Shown: positions 28,388 through 38,217, numbered from the stretch's first letter. The stretch: DNA of 64,000 bases from an uncultured Pelosinus sp. (GCA_963526645.1 CAUROG010000007.1:63607-127606); one strand, 5' to 3'. Numbers and translations are program-made. The notes: generated by a model not told the origin, from the letters alone.

Positions 28388-30295
28388 ATGAAGGAGAATT
28401 TCTTTATGTTTAAGCAGCCTCATCTTTTCCCCTTTGCTCTTAGTCTAATGTTACTTTCAACCTCTAGTGCTATGGGAGCAGCAGCGGAAAAATCTCAAAT
28501 TCCTAGCCGTGAAGAGATCGCGGCAGAATATAAATGGCATCTTGAAGATTTGTATACCGATGATGAAGCCTGGCAGGCAGATTATGACAAGGTAAAAACA
28601 ATGCTGCCTATGGTTGCTGATTATAAAGGCAAGCTAGATCTTTCAGGGAAAAACTTATTAACTTGCTTACAGCTTCGGGATGAAATTACCATAATTACGG
28701 GTAAGTTATATCCATTTGCTCGTATGCATCAAGATGAAAATATGATGGATAATAAATATCAGGCTTTAACGGGTAAGGCGCAGTCTTTAAATATTGAAGT
28801 AAATGCTGTTATTTCTTTTATTGAACCAGAAATTGTGGCAATACCAGCAGAGAAACTAGAAGAGATGAAAACAGAGGAGAAAGGACTAGACATTTATAAC
28901 TTTTATTTAACAAGTTTGATGCAGCAAAAACATCATGTGCTATCACCTAGAGAAGAGGCGTTGCTGTCTCGGGCAGGAGAAGTGGCAACCACTCCAGCGA
29001 CTGTTTTTAATGTATTAGCCAATGCAGAAGTGAAGTTTCCCAACATTAAGGATGAGAGTGGTCAGGAGGTTCCATTAAGTGAGGGACGATATAATAATTA
29101 TCTTCGTTCCTCTGATCGTCGTGTACGCCAAGATGCATTTGTTGGTATATTAGGTTCGTATCATCAATATCGCAATACATTGGCGGCAACGCTGAATGGG
29201 CATGTAAAACAGCATGTATTTTTTGCCCAAGCCCATAATTATAATTCAGCACAAGAGGCTGCCCTTGTACCGAATCACATTCCTATAGCGGTATATGACA
29301 ATCTTATTACAACTGTGAATCACAACTTAGCTCCTCTACATCGTTATGTAGCACTAAAGAAAAAAGCGTTAGGCGTAGAGGACATACATATGTATGATTT
29401 ATATGCGCCAATGGTGAAAGATGTAGAAATTCAATTATCCTATTCAGAAGCTATGGATCTTGTACGAAAAGCATTGGCTCCTCTTGGTAAGGATTATATA
29501 GAGAACTTTAACAAAGGAATTTCATCTCATTGGATTGATGTATACGAAAATCGGGGCAAGCGCTCAGGGGCTTACTCTTGGGGTGTATATGGTGTCCATC
29601 CTTTTGTATTTTTAAATTATAATGGACAATATAGTGATGCTTCTACTCTCGCCCATGAGATGGGGCATGCTCTACACAGCTTTTACAGTGCAGAACATCA
29701 GCCCTATCCCACTTCGGATTATGTAATTTTTACAGCGGAAACAGCTTCAACGACAAATGAAATACTGCTCATTGATTATATGCTCAAGAAAACAACAGAT
29801 AAAAAAGTAAAGATGTTTCTGTTGAATCAATATTTAGAAAATATTCGTACGACCTTATATCGCCAGACTATGTTTGCTGAATTCGAAAAAGAGATTCATG
29901 AAAAGAGCGAAAAGGGTGAGACTCTAACTGCTGATACAATGGAAGAAATTTACCACAATCTTAATGTAAAGTATTTTGGCCCGAACATGATCGTGGATAA
30001 GGAAATTGATATTGAATGGGCTCGGATTCCTCACTTCTATCGTAATTTCTATGTCTATCAATATTCTACAGGATATTCCGCAGCAACGGCTTTTGCTAAG
30101 AAACTTCAAACAGAAGGCAAAGCAGCCCAAGAACAATATATTAACAATTTTCTAAAAGCAGGTGGCTCTGATACACCAATTCATATTTTAAAAAATGCTG
30201 GTGTTGATATGTCTACTCCTCAGCCGATTGAAATTACCTTAGCTAAATTCAATCAATTATTAGATGAATTAGAAGCCTTATTGGCAGAAGGATAA
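28388..30295 (+). CDS. pepF: Oligoendopeptidase F (M3B) with signal peptide
   Basis: GKRSGAYS, HEMGH, EWARIPHFY and YVYQYSTG motifs; hydrophobic N-terminal leader. Confidence 0.93.
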   Translation: MKENFFMFKQPHLFPFALSLMLLSTSSAMGAAAEKSQIPSREEIAAEYKWHLEDLYTDDEAWQADYDKVKTMLPMVADYKGKLDLSGKNLLTCLQLRDEITIITGKLYPFARMHQDENMMDNKYQALTGKAQSLNIEVNAVISFIEPEIVAIPAEKLEEMKTEEKGLDIYNFYLTSLMQQKHHVLSPREEALLSRAGEVATTPATVFNVLANAEVKFPNIKDESGQEVPLSEGRYNNYLRSSDRRVRQDAFVGILGSYHQYRNTLAATLNGHVKQHVFFAQAHNYNSAQEAALVPNHIPIAVYDNLITTVNHNLAPLHRYVALKKKALGVEDIHMYDLYAPMVKDVEIQLSYSEAMDLVRKALAPLGKDYIENFNKGISSHWIDVYENRGKRSGAYSWGVYGVHPFVFLNYNGQYSDASTLAHEMGHALHSFYSAEHQPYPTSDYVIFTAETASTTNEILLIDYMLKKTTDKKVKMFLLNQYLENIRTTLYRQTMFAEFEKEIHEKSEKGETLTADTMEEIYHNLNVKYFGPNMIVDKEIDIEWARIPHFYRNFYVYQYSTGYSAATAFAKKLQTEGKAAQEQYINNFLKAGGSDTPIHILKNAGVDMSTPQPIEITLAKFNQLLDELEALLAEG

Positions 30296-30346
30296 TTGTT
30301 AGCGTTAAATATATTTATGGTTGGTTTTGTTAGAGGAGGAATTGTC

Positions 30347-30604
30347 ATGCCTGAAGAGAAAAGAGAAACTCCAGAAGCAAGATCTGGCTGTAAATTAGTA
30401 TGTTTGATAGGCTACATTGGTTTTGGAATTATAGCTGGTCCATTTGTGATGTTTATCTTTATTATGTCTCTTGACTCTCCGATAAATCACGAGAGTTTGC
30501 AAGTTGGTGTGATTCTCCTTTTCTTTTTTCTTAGTGCTTTATATTTTTGGGGGCTTGGAAAACTCACAGGCATAAAATTGAAGAATCCCTATAATGACGA
30601 TTGA
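30347..30604 (+). CDS. Small two-TM membrane protein
   Basis: GAGGAGG RBS before ATG 30347; two hydrophobic segments. Confidence 0.65.
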   Translation: MPEEKRETPEARSGCKLVCLIGYIGFGIIAGPFVMFIFIMSLDSPINHESLQVGVILLFFFLSALYFWGLGKLTGIKLKNPYNDD

Positions 30605-30729
30605 CACAATGATAATATTTCAACACTTTTCTTGCAACCAAAGAAATACATTCTGATATTGCTATTGTAAGTATTTCATGATATAGTAATGAAAAATGTT
30701 GGCTTTACAACGTTACAATTAAATTAATG

Positions 30730-30879
30730 AACTCTTATCCAGAGTGGTCGAGGGACTGGCCCGATGACACCCGGCAACCGGCAGCAATGCAGTGGTGCTA
30801 ATTCCAGCAGGAGTAATCCTGGGAGATAAGAGGGTTTGTTATATCATTTAAAAACCCTTCTTATTAGAAGGGTTTTTTT
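30730..30879 (+). ncRNA. SAM-I (S-box) riboswitch with terminator
   Basis: CTTATCCAGAG-TGGTCGAGGGACTGGCCCGATGACACCCGGCAACC...GGTGCTAATTCC...GATAAGAG; terminator AAAAACCCTTCT/AGAAGGGTTTTT. Confidence 0.97.
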
Positions 30880-30909
30880 ATATTTTATGATATAAGGGAG
30901 AGGATATGG

Positions 30910-32049
30910 ATGCTGTTAGAAGACAGCTGTACTTTGGAGACAATAATAACACATTTCTCAGGATTTAAGTGGAGGCCTTATTTGAAATTAGCTAGGGTAG
31001 CCGATAAAGAGCATCCTCTGCACCTTAGTCTTGGCAGAAGTTTAAATGAAGTTGTTGTGGCATATGAAACATATGGTCGTTTATCAGAACGTGGCGATAA
31101 TGTTATCCTATTGAACCATACATTAACGGGTGACAGCCATCCTGCTGCTCATAATCAACATGATGAAAAAGGCTGGTGGGAGCCTTTGGTTGGCCCAGGA
31201 CGTCCCTTGGATACGGAAAAGTTCTTTATTATTTGTGCAAATGTACTTGGCGGTTGTCAGGGAACAACGGGTCCTGCATCTCCAAACCCGGACACTGGTT
31301 TGCCCTATGGTATGAATTTTCCGGAAATTACTTTGCTTGATACGGTTCATGTACAAAAGAGGCTATTAGATGTATTAGGGGTTCATCATGTAAAGTTAAT
31401 CATTGGTGGGTCTATGGGAGGAATGCAATCTTTGGAATGGTCCGTAGCCTATCCTGATTTTATGGATGGAGTTATGGTGATTGCCGCTCCTGGATATGCC
31501 TCTTCTCAGTCGATTGCTTACAATAAGGTAGGGCGACAGGCTATTACTCTTGATCCAGAGTGGCAAGAGGGAAACTACTATGGCGGGAGTGGTCCCGAGA
31601 AGGGATTAGCAATTGCTAGGGCTGTTGGTATGATTACCTATCAGACTGAAATGTCTATGGAAGGAAAATTTGGACGAAAGCGTCGTAATGGTTGTTTTGA
31701 AATTGAAAATTATTTAGAATACCAAGGAAATAGCTTAGCGCGTCGTTTTGATGCTAACTCCTACTTATATCTTTTACGAGCCCTCGATTATTATAATTTG
31801 TCGGAAGCTTGTAAAAGCTATGAAGATGCTTTATCTCAGATTAGAGCAAAAGTCATGGTTGTGGGAGTAAGTTCTGATATTCTATATCCCCCCTATCAAC
31901 AGGAAGAGCTTGTAGAAGCGATATGTGGTAGTGGAGCAGATGCTCAGTATGCTTTGCTTGAAAGTCCTCATGGTCATGATGGTTTTTTAATTGATTTTCA
32001 TTTATTGAGACCTGTGATTAATGACTTTATCAATCATTTAGCAATATAA
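30910..32049 (+). CDS. metX: Homoserine O-acetyltransferase
   Basis: HTLTGDSH, GGSMGG, RFDANSY and HGHDGFL motifs; SAM riboswitch upstream. Confidence 0.93.
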   Translation: MLLEDSCTLETIITHFSGFKWRPYLKLARVADKEHPLHLSLGRSLNEVVVAYETYGRLSERGDNVILLNHTLTGDSHPAAHNQHDEKGWWEPLVGPGRPLDTEKFFIICANVLGGCQGTTGPASPNPDTGLPYGMNFPEITLLDTVHVQKRLLDVLGVHHVKLIIGGSMGGMQSLEWSVAYPDFMDGVMVIAAPGYASSQSIAYNKVGRQAITLDPEWQEGNYYGGSGPEKGLAIARAVGMITYQTEMSMEGKFGRKRRNGCFEIENYLEYQGNSLARRFDANSYLYLLRALDYYNLSEACKSYEDALSQIRAKVMVVGVSSDILYPPYQQEELVEAICGSGADAQYALLESPHGHDGFLIDFHLLRPVINDFINHLAI

Positions 32050-32126
32050 TAAAAACACAAAAGTATTTACAGAAAGAATGTCAAAAATATAACATTACAA
32101 AATTAATAAAAAATGACGAAACTATA

Positions 32127-32156
32127 TTGACATTAGTAAAGATTAAATGGTAAAAT
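32127..32156 (+). promoter_or_regulatory. SigmaA promoter
   Basis: TTGACA-N18-TAAAAT with extended TG. Confidence 0.75.
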
Positions 32157-32180
32157 TCATTTCAAAGCATAATGAAGAAT

Positions 32181-32427
32181 AGTAATGACGGAGTAAGTAG
32201 ACCACTTGCGAATTCTCAGAGAGTCGGCACATGGTGGAAGTCGACAATGAGCGGTGGAGGAAGATCCCTCCGGAACTGTGTTTCTGAACATTAGTAAGAA
32301 ATGCCGGGTTAGCCACGTTATTGGGCTTAGGTTTGATAGAACTGAAGAGGCATTGTTATGCAATTAAGGTGGTAACGCGGGTAGTAACTCGTCCTTGGAT
32401 ATATTCAAGGACGAGTTTTTTTATTTT
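32181..32427 (+). ncRNA. T-box leader with Ile (ATC) specifier
   Basis: AGTA, AGAGA and GGTGGAA stem I motifs; GAAG-ATC specifier at 32264; T-box AAGGTGGTAACGCG at 32366; terminator AACTCGTCCTTG/CAAGGACGAGTT plus Ts. Confidence 0.92.
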
Positions 32428-32446
32428 AAATTATTGGAGGTAACTT

Positions 32447-33691
32447 ATGTCAAATCAAAATAGCAAAACTTTTCATGTAGAAAACTCTTATGTGTCTATT
32501 GAAGATATTTATGCTGCTGAGAAAAAGCTGCAGAGTGTAATAAAAAAGACAGAACTTATTGAAAGCCCAGTTTTCAGTAATGAATGTGGTAACACTGTAT
32601 TCATTAAAGCGGAAAATCTTCAAGTGACAGGTGCGTTTAAAATTCGCGGAGCTTTTAATAAATTGAGTAAGTTAAGTGATATGGAAAAAAATAGGGGGGT
32701 TATAGCTTCGTCAGCGGGAAATCATGCCCAGGGGATTGGTTATGCAGCTCAATTACTAGGTATTAAGGCTACTGTTGTTATGCCTGCCACCACGCCGATC
32801 ATTAAAGTGGAAGCCACAAGGAATTATGGGGCAAATGTTGTATTATATGGTGATAGTTATGATGAGGCCTATAAAAAAGCTAGAGAGCTTGAGGCTGAAC
32901 ATAATTATGTCTTTGTTCATCCCTTTGACGATTTGGATGTAATTCTTGGACAAGGTACAGTAGCTTTAGAAATTTTGAATGAATTAGAGGATGTTGATGA
33001 AATCTTAGTTCCTATAGGTGGAGGCGGTTTAGCTAGCGGTATTGCATTTGCGGCAAAAATGCTAAAGCCAAGTATCAGAATCATCGGAGTTGAACCGGAA
33101 GGCGCATGCTGTATCAAAGAATCTTTGGCGAATAATAAAGTAACAGAGCTAGAAAAGGTGGACACCATAGCAGATGGTGCCGCTGTTAAAAGGCCAGGCA
33201 CATTGACCTTTGAATTTATCAGAGAATTTGTTGATGAGGTCATTACTGTATCTGATTTTGATATTGCAGAGGCAATACTACTTTTAATAGAGAAGCATAA
33301 GCTGATCACAGAAGGGGCAGGGGCATTATCCTTAGCTGGTCTGAAAAAATTGTCCTCCAAAAATAAAAAAGTAGTTTGTTTAGTTAGTGGTGGAAATATT
33401 GATATTTTAACGATTTCTGCTATCATAAATAAAGCCCTGGTATTTAGAGGCAGGTTGTTCTGTTTTACTATCAATTTACCGGATAAACCAGGCGAATTAT
33501 TGCATGTTGCAAAAATTATCTCTGAGCTGAATGCCAATGTTATAAAACTGGATCATAATCAATCCAAAGTGATGGATAGCTTTAAACAGGTTCAATTAGA
33601 AGTGACTGTGGAAACCAATGGACATAGTCATGTAGAGGAAATTGAAGCTGCCTTTCAGCGAAATGGTATTGATATTCAAAAGATTTACTAA
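32447..33691 (+). CDS. ilvA: Threonine ammonia-lyase with C-terminal ACT domain
   Basis: GAFKIRGA (PLP Lys), SAGNHAQG, PIGGGGL and SGGNID motifs; LPDKPG ACT domain. Confidence 0.93.
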   Translation: MSNQNSKTFHVENSYVSIEDIYAAEKKLQSVIKKTELIESPVFSNECGNTVFIKAENLQVTGAFKIRGAFNKLSKLSDMEKNRGVIASSAGNHAQGIGYAAQLLGIKATVVMPATTPIIKVEATRNYGANVVLYGDSYDEAYKKARELEAEHNYVFVHPFDDLDVILGQGTVALEILNELEDVDEILVPIGGGGLASGIAFAAKMLKPSIRIIGVEPEGACCIKESLANNKVTELEKVDTIADGAAVKRPGTLTFEFIREFVDEVITVSDFDIAEAILLLIEKHKLITEGAGALSLAGLKKLSSKNKKVVCLVSGGNIDILTISAIINKALVFRGRLFCFTINLPDKPGELLHVAKIISELNANVIKLDHNQSKVMDSFKQVQLEVTVETNGHSHVEEIEAAFQRNGIDIQKIY

Positions 33692-33738
33692 TACACTACA
33701 ATTTTTGACTGCTTAAGAATATGAAATTAGGTGAATGT

Positions 33739-34383
33739 ATGACTGTGAAAAAGTTATTTTGGGAAGATCCTTATTTAAAACAGTGTATTGCAACGGTAAT
33801 GAGTGTTGATGGTAATTGCATTACTCTTGATGAGACAATCATATTTGCGTTTTCTGGTGGTCAGGCATCGGATTCTGGAACAATTCAGGGTTACCCTGTG
33901 CTAACAGCCCGGAAAGTTGAGAAAGAAATCGTTTATGAGATTGATGCAGCCCATGATTTGCAAACGGGCCAGCAAGTGGAAGTGGCTATTGATTGGGATA
34001 AACGATATAAAATTATGAAACTACATTTTGCCGCGGAGATTGTGCTGGAGCTTATGGTTCAGAATTTTAATAATCCTAAAAAAATTGGTGCGAACATAAC
34101 AGAAGAAAAGGCGAGAGTGGACTTTGAGTGGGGAGGGAATATTTCTGAGGTTTTTCCCTTGCTTCAAAAAAAGATTGTGAAAATTATTGATTCTAATTCT
34201 CCCATCCTAAGTCGTTTTAGTAATGAAGAACAGGAAATCAGGTGTTGGGAAATCGATGGCTTCGGCAAAGTTCCTTGTGGAGGAACTCACATAAAGAATA
34301 CTGGTGAAATTGGCACTATCTTGCTAAAAAGAGGAAAGCGTTTAGGTGCTAAAAAAGAAAGAATCGAAATATATCTAAGTTAA
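33739..34383 (+). CDS. AlaX-type free-standing tRNA editing protein (HxxxE variant)
   Basis: LFWEDPY, SGGQASDSG, LHFAAE and PCGGTH motifs. Confidence 0.85.
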   Translation: MTVKKLFWEDPYLKQCIATVMSVDGNCITLDETIIFAFSGGQASDSGTIQGYPVLTARKVEKEIVYEIDAAHDLQTGQQVEVAIDWDKRYKIMKLHFAAEIVLELMVQNFNNPKKIGANITEEKARVDFEWGGNISEVFPLLQKKIVKIIDSNSPILSRFSNEEQEIRCWEIDGFGKVPCGGTHIKNTGEIGTILLKRGKRLGAKKERIEIYLS

Positions 34384-34408
34384 ATCATATAGAGATTAAA
34401 ATTAGGTA

Positions 34409-34521
34409 TTGCCTATTATAATTCCTTACTTTATAATGAAAGAAAAAAGTGTCAATTAACTGACGCAAGCAAAGACGCTTGTACAGGGACTAATTTTAGT
34501 CCTGTATGAAGCGTCTTTTTT
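34409..34521 (+). promoter_or_regulatory. SigmaA promoter, palindromic operator and leader terminator upstream of the sigma54 activator gene
   Basis: TTGCCT-N17-TATAAT; GTGTCA-N6-TGACGC at 34449; hairpin 34471-34521 with T tract. Confidence 0.65.
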
Positions 34522-34594
34522 ATTTAGCAAAGCAATTAGTTGCTATTCTAATTCTTGAGGATGAGAAGCGTTATTATAAGGGAGGCGTGCTTTC

Positions 34595-36067
34595 ATGAAT
34601 TCTCATTGTCCCTTACCTATTGAGGAATTCCACAGGTATCTTGAAACGGAGCAATCGGATAAAGTAATAGAGAGTTTTCAGCAGCTTTTAACCTTATACC
34701 AATTACAGCAGGCTAGGTTAGAAGCTTTGTTAGATACAGTTAATGAAGCAGTATGTATTATTGATGAATCGGATAAAGTAGTGGTGTGGAATCATCATGC
34801 TGAACTTTTATATGGAATTGCTATTAATGAAATCATTGGACGTCCTATCGAAGGTTTCTTTTCTAATCTGATGTTGACCAAGGTGATGAAAGAGCGGCGC
34901 ACTGTGCATGAACAATACCACACTCCATGTCCTGACACCCATGTATTAATTAATGCAAGGCCCGTAAAATTATCTGGTCAGGTGATTGGCGGAGTTTGCG
35001 CGGAGCGAGATATCACTGAAGTGGTGCAGTTAAATCAAAAACTATCCCAAACCCATCAGGAAGTACAAACGTTAAAGCAAGAAATTGACAAAATTTATTC
35101 TCAATCGGATTCCTTTTCTTCTATTTATGGGCATGGCCCAGCGATTCGAGAAGCTGTTAGTGTTGCCAGACGTGTTGCAGCAACGTCGGTTCCAGTATTG
35201 CTGCGAGGGGAAAGTGGTACGGGGAAAGAATTGTTTGCCCGTGCTATTCATGATGCTAGTCAATTTAGCGGTCCTTTTATTGCTATAAACTGTGGCGCCA
35301 TTTCGCCTAATTTGTTTGAAAGTGAACTATTTGGCTATCAGCCAGGAGCTTTTACGGGAGCGGATCGCAAAGGGAAAATAGGACTATTGGAACAGGCAAA
35401 TGGAGGAACGCTCTTGCTTGATGAGTTGGGGGATATGCCGAAGGATATGCAGGTAAAATTACTGCGGGTTTTACAGGATAAAAGCTTTTATCGTGTGGGT
35501 GGTAATAAAGCAATTCATATTGATGTACGAATTATTGCAGCAACTCATCGTAATTTGGAAGAAATGATTAAGAGGGGTGAATTTCGTGAAGATCTATATT
35601 ATCGTTTAAATGTAGTAGCAGTATCTTTGCCATCATTGCGTGAAAGGTTAGATGATATTCCAGAATTAGTTCATAAAGGTATTCAACATTATGGTACTAT
35701 TCATAACAAGAAAATCAGTAAGGTGAATCCGGCACTCATGGCAGCTTTTATCCAGTATCCTTGGCTGGGAAACATTAGAGAGTTATTTAATGTATTAGAG
35801 CGTTTAGTCATTCTAGCAGATAGTGATCATTTAGGTGTAGAGAATTTACCTGCTAACTTCTATCAATTACTATATCCGATAGAGAACCTAGAAGCCTGTG
35901 CCGTGGATGGCAGCTTACTGGCAAAAACCATAAGCTTGGAAAAAGAAGTAATAGGAAAAGTTTTGGCGGAGCATCATTTCAACAAGGCTGCTGCTGCCAA
36001 GAAACTAGGGATTCCTCGGAGTACGCTATATTATAAAATGCAAAAGCTAGGATTGGAGTGTCAATAA
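34595..36067 (+). CDS. Sigma54-dependent activator (PAS, AAA+, Fis-type HTH)
   Basis: GESGTGKE, GAFTGA, LLDE, FREDLYYRL and LGIPRSTLYYK motifs. Confidence 0.95.
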   Translation: MNSHCPLPIEEFHRYLETEQSDKVIESFQQLLTLYQLQQARLEALLDTVNEAVCIIDESDKVVVWNHHAELLYGIAINEIIGRPIEGFFSNLMLTKVMKERRTVHEQYHTPCPDTHVLINARPVKLSGQVIGGVCAERDITEVVQLNQKLSQTHQEVQTLKQEIDKIYSQSDSFSSIYGHGPAIREAVSVARRVAATSVPVLLRGESGTGKELFARAIHDASQFSGPFIAINCGAISPNLFESELFGYQPGAFTGADRKGKIGLLEQANGGTLLLDELGDMPKDMQVKLLRVLQDKSFYRVGGNKAIHIDVRIIAATHRNLEEMIKRGEFREDLYYRLNVVAVSLPSLRERLDDIPELVHKGIQHYGTIHNKKISKVNPALMAAFIQYPWLGNIRELFNVLERLVILADSDHLGVENLPANFYQLLYPIENLEACAVDGSLLAKTISLEKEVIGKVLAEHHFNKAAAAKKLGIPRSTLYYKMQKLGLECQ

Positions 36068-36075
36068 ACTGACAC
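36058..36075. promoter_or_regulatory. Candidate upstream activator sequence
   Basis: Perfect GTGTCA-N6-TGACAC about 255 bp upstream of the -24 box; near-identical copy at 34449. Confidence 0.65.
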
Positions 36076-36135
36076 TGTCGTCAAAATGTAGATAAATAGT
36101 ATACGAAAAAAGATTCTATTTACTATGATTATATG

Positions 36136-36177
36136 AAAAAGATTCCGTACCAACATAAGGTACGGATTCTTTTTTTA
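36136..36177 (+). terminator. Intrinsic terminator
   Basis: TCCGTACC/GGTACGGA stem flanked by A and T tracts. Confidence 0.75.
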
Positions 36178-36192
36178 TAAGAGACTTTAGAT

Positions 36193-36240
36193 GTCATTGC
36201 GAGCGTTAGCAAAGCAATCTCTGGCTTTCTAAAAGATTGC
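36193..36240. repeat. Degenerate REP-like element
   Basis: GTCATTGCGAGCG...GCAATCT...AGATTGC. Confidence 0.45.
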
Positions 36241-36329
36241 CCCTCTGCTGATAACAATGTGCGATTTCCTCATGGGAATAGAGGTCTTCTTTGAAGTTTT
36301 TATCTCTTTATGGGGTAATTAATTTATAG

Positions 36330-36346
36330 TTGGCACGGTTATTGCA
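36330..36346 (+). promoter_or_regulatory. Sigma54 -24/-12 promoter
   Basis: TTGGCACGGTTATTGCA matches the TGGCAC-N5-TTGC consensus. Confidence 0.92.
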
Positions 36347-36375
36347 TTAAGAATAGGGCAGGAGGTGGTTAAGCT

Positions 36376-36681
36376 ATGAGAATTGTCAACCATCCAATAT
36401 TGACATTTTCACGCCAAGAAATGGTGACCTTCACATTGAATGGTCAAAGGATAGAGGGAGTAGCGGGAGAGCCGATTGCAGCTGCATTGCATGCAGCTGA
36501 TATAAAGGTGTTGCGTCATAGTCATGAGCTTCACCGTCCGCGAGGTTTGTTTTGTGCCATTGGAAATTGTTCCTCCTGTCTAATGACAGTAGATGGAATT
36601 CCCAATGTACGGGTATGTGTTGAACCCCTTCGTGCTGGCATGGCAGTAAAAACCCAAGAAGGGAAGGGGAAAATCATATGA
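36376..36681 (+). CDS. [2Fe-2S] protein (proline dehydrogenase/sarcosine oxidase alpha N-terminal-like)
   Basis: RPRGLFCAIGNCSSC...C motif. Confidence 0.88.
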   Translation: MRIVNHPILTFSRQEMVTFTLNGQRIEGVAGEPIAAALHAADIKVLRHSHELHRPRGLFCAIGNCSSCLMTVDGIPNVRVCVEPLRAGMAVKTQEGKGKII

Positions 36682-37766
36682 TTGCAACAGAGATTTTAGT
36701 AATCGGAGCTGGTCCTGCTGGCTTAATGGCAGCCATTCATGCGGCAGAGGCGGGTGCCAAGGTATTGCTTGTAGAGCGAGCTGATCGTTTGGGCGGGCAG
36801 TTAATTAAACAAACTCATAAATTTTTTGGCTCAAAAGCAGAATTTGCTGGCGAGCGTGGAATGGATATAGCTGAGAAACTAATCAATTGGAGTTCGGATA
36901 TTTCAGGTATCACCATTTGGAAAAATGCAGTAGTACTAGGAATCTATCCAGATAATGTAGTGACTATTTCCCATGAAGGTGCTTTTTGTACCGTAGAGCC
37001 TAAAAAGATTATTATTGCAACGGGTGCCTCAGAAAAAACAATGGCCTTCCCTAATAATGACTTGCCGGGTATTTATGGTGCTGGTGCAGTCCAAACGTTA
37101 ATGAATGTTCACGGAGTATTACCAGCAAAAAGGATACTCATGATTGGTGCTGGCAATATTGGTGTGATTGTAGCTTATCAATTATTACAAGCTGGTGTTG
37201 AAGTAGCTGGTATTGTAGAAGCTGCCGCGCAAGTTGGCGGTTATCATGTCCATGCTGCCAAGTTACAGCGTCATGGTATACCGATTTATACCTCTCATAC
37301 CATACAATCAGCCCATGGTGATTATTGTTTGGAAGGTGTTACTATTTCTAAATTAGATGACAAGTGGCAACCGATAGCAGGAAGTGAACAATATATTCCT
37401 GTAGATGGTCTTTGCTTGGCAGTCGGATTAAGTCCCTTGACAGAACTATTGTGGCAGGCGGGCTGTGAAATGAAGTTTGTTGGAGAATTAGGTGGCTATG
37501 TGCCATTACGTGATGCCAATATGAAAACAACCCATGAAAATATCTATGTTGCAGGAGATGTTTCAGGGGTGGAAGAAGCTTCGGCTGCTATGGTAGAAGG
37601 AAAATTGGCAGGCTTATATGTTGCCTCCGTCTTGGGTTATCAGAAAGAATCGTTTACTAGAGATTTTCAAATTGCAAAATCCCAACTGGCTGCCCTGCGC
37701 TCTGGTCCCGCAAGTGGGAAGATTTGTACAGGACTTAGCAAAGTTGTTTTAGAGGAGGTTGGATAA
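36678..37766 (+). CDS. FAD/NAD(P)-dependent oxidoreductase (alpha-like subunit)
   Basis: GAGPAG, GGQLIKQTHKFFG, IATGA, GAGNIG and YVAGD motifs. Confidence 0.88.
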   Translation: MIATEILVIGAGPAGLMAAIHAAEAGAKVLLVERADRLGGQLIKQTHKFFGSKAEFAGERGMDIAEKLINWSSDISGITIWKNAVVLGIYPDNVVTISHEGAFCTVEPKKIIIATGASEKTMAFPNNDLPGIYGAGAVQTLMNVHGVLPAKRILMIGAGNIGVIVAYQLLQAGVEVAGIVEAAAQVGGYHVHAAKLQRHGIPIYTSHTIQSAHGDYCLEGVTISKLDDKWQPIAGSEQYIPVDGLCLAVGLSPLTELLWQAGCEMKFVGELGGYVPLRDANMKTTHENIYVAGDVSGVEEASAAMVEGKLAGLYVASVLGYQKESFTRDFQIAKSQLAALRSGPASGKICTGLSKVVLEEVG

Positions 37767-37767
37767 A

Positions 37768-38217
37768 ATGCCATCACAAGAGCGCTTTGCAAAAGGGCCT
37801 ATCGCGTTGTTTGAATGTATGCAGCAAATTCCCTGTAATCCTTGTGCAGATGCCTGTCCGCGGGGTGCTATTACTGTAAAAGAAATTAATGATTGTCCTT
37901 CTTTAAATGAAGAACTTTGTAATGGCTGTGGTCTGTGTATGACTCACTGTCCAGGATTGTCCATCTTTGTTATTGATTATACTTACGGAAAGGATATGGC
38001 CTTAGTTAAAATTCCTTATGAATTTTCTCCATTGCCTGAGGCTGAGGCTGTAGTTGATGCTTTAAATCGACAAGGTCAATGTGTAGGAAAGGCCCAGGTT
38101 GTTCGTGTACAGAAGTCGCCGAACAAGACAAATATTATTTGGTTATCTGTACTGCAGGAATTAGCGATGGAGGTTCGTGACATTGCCTTCAGAAAGGAGG
38201 AACATCATGGATCATAA
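37768..38217 (+). CDS. [4Fe-4S] ferredoxin-like subunit
   Basis: ECMQQIPCNPCADACP and CNGCGLCMTHCPG; ATG 37768 after GAGGAGG. Confidence 0.85.
   Translation: MPSQERFAKGPIALFECMQQIPCNPCADACPRGAITVKEINDCPSLNEELCNGCGLCMTHCPGLSIFVIDYTYGKDMALVKIPYEFSPLPEAEAVVDALNRQGQCVGKAQVVRVQKSPNKTNIIWLSVLQELAMEVRDIAFRKEEHHGS

Noticed and set aside
32917..33537. Long antisense ORFs (also 15359-15871, 52963-53478 and many shorter ones)
   Set aside because: These are shadows of well-supported genes on the opposite strand
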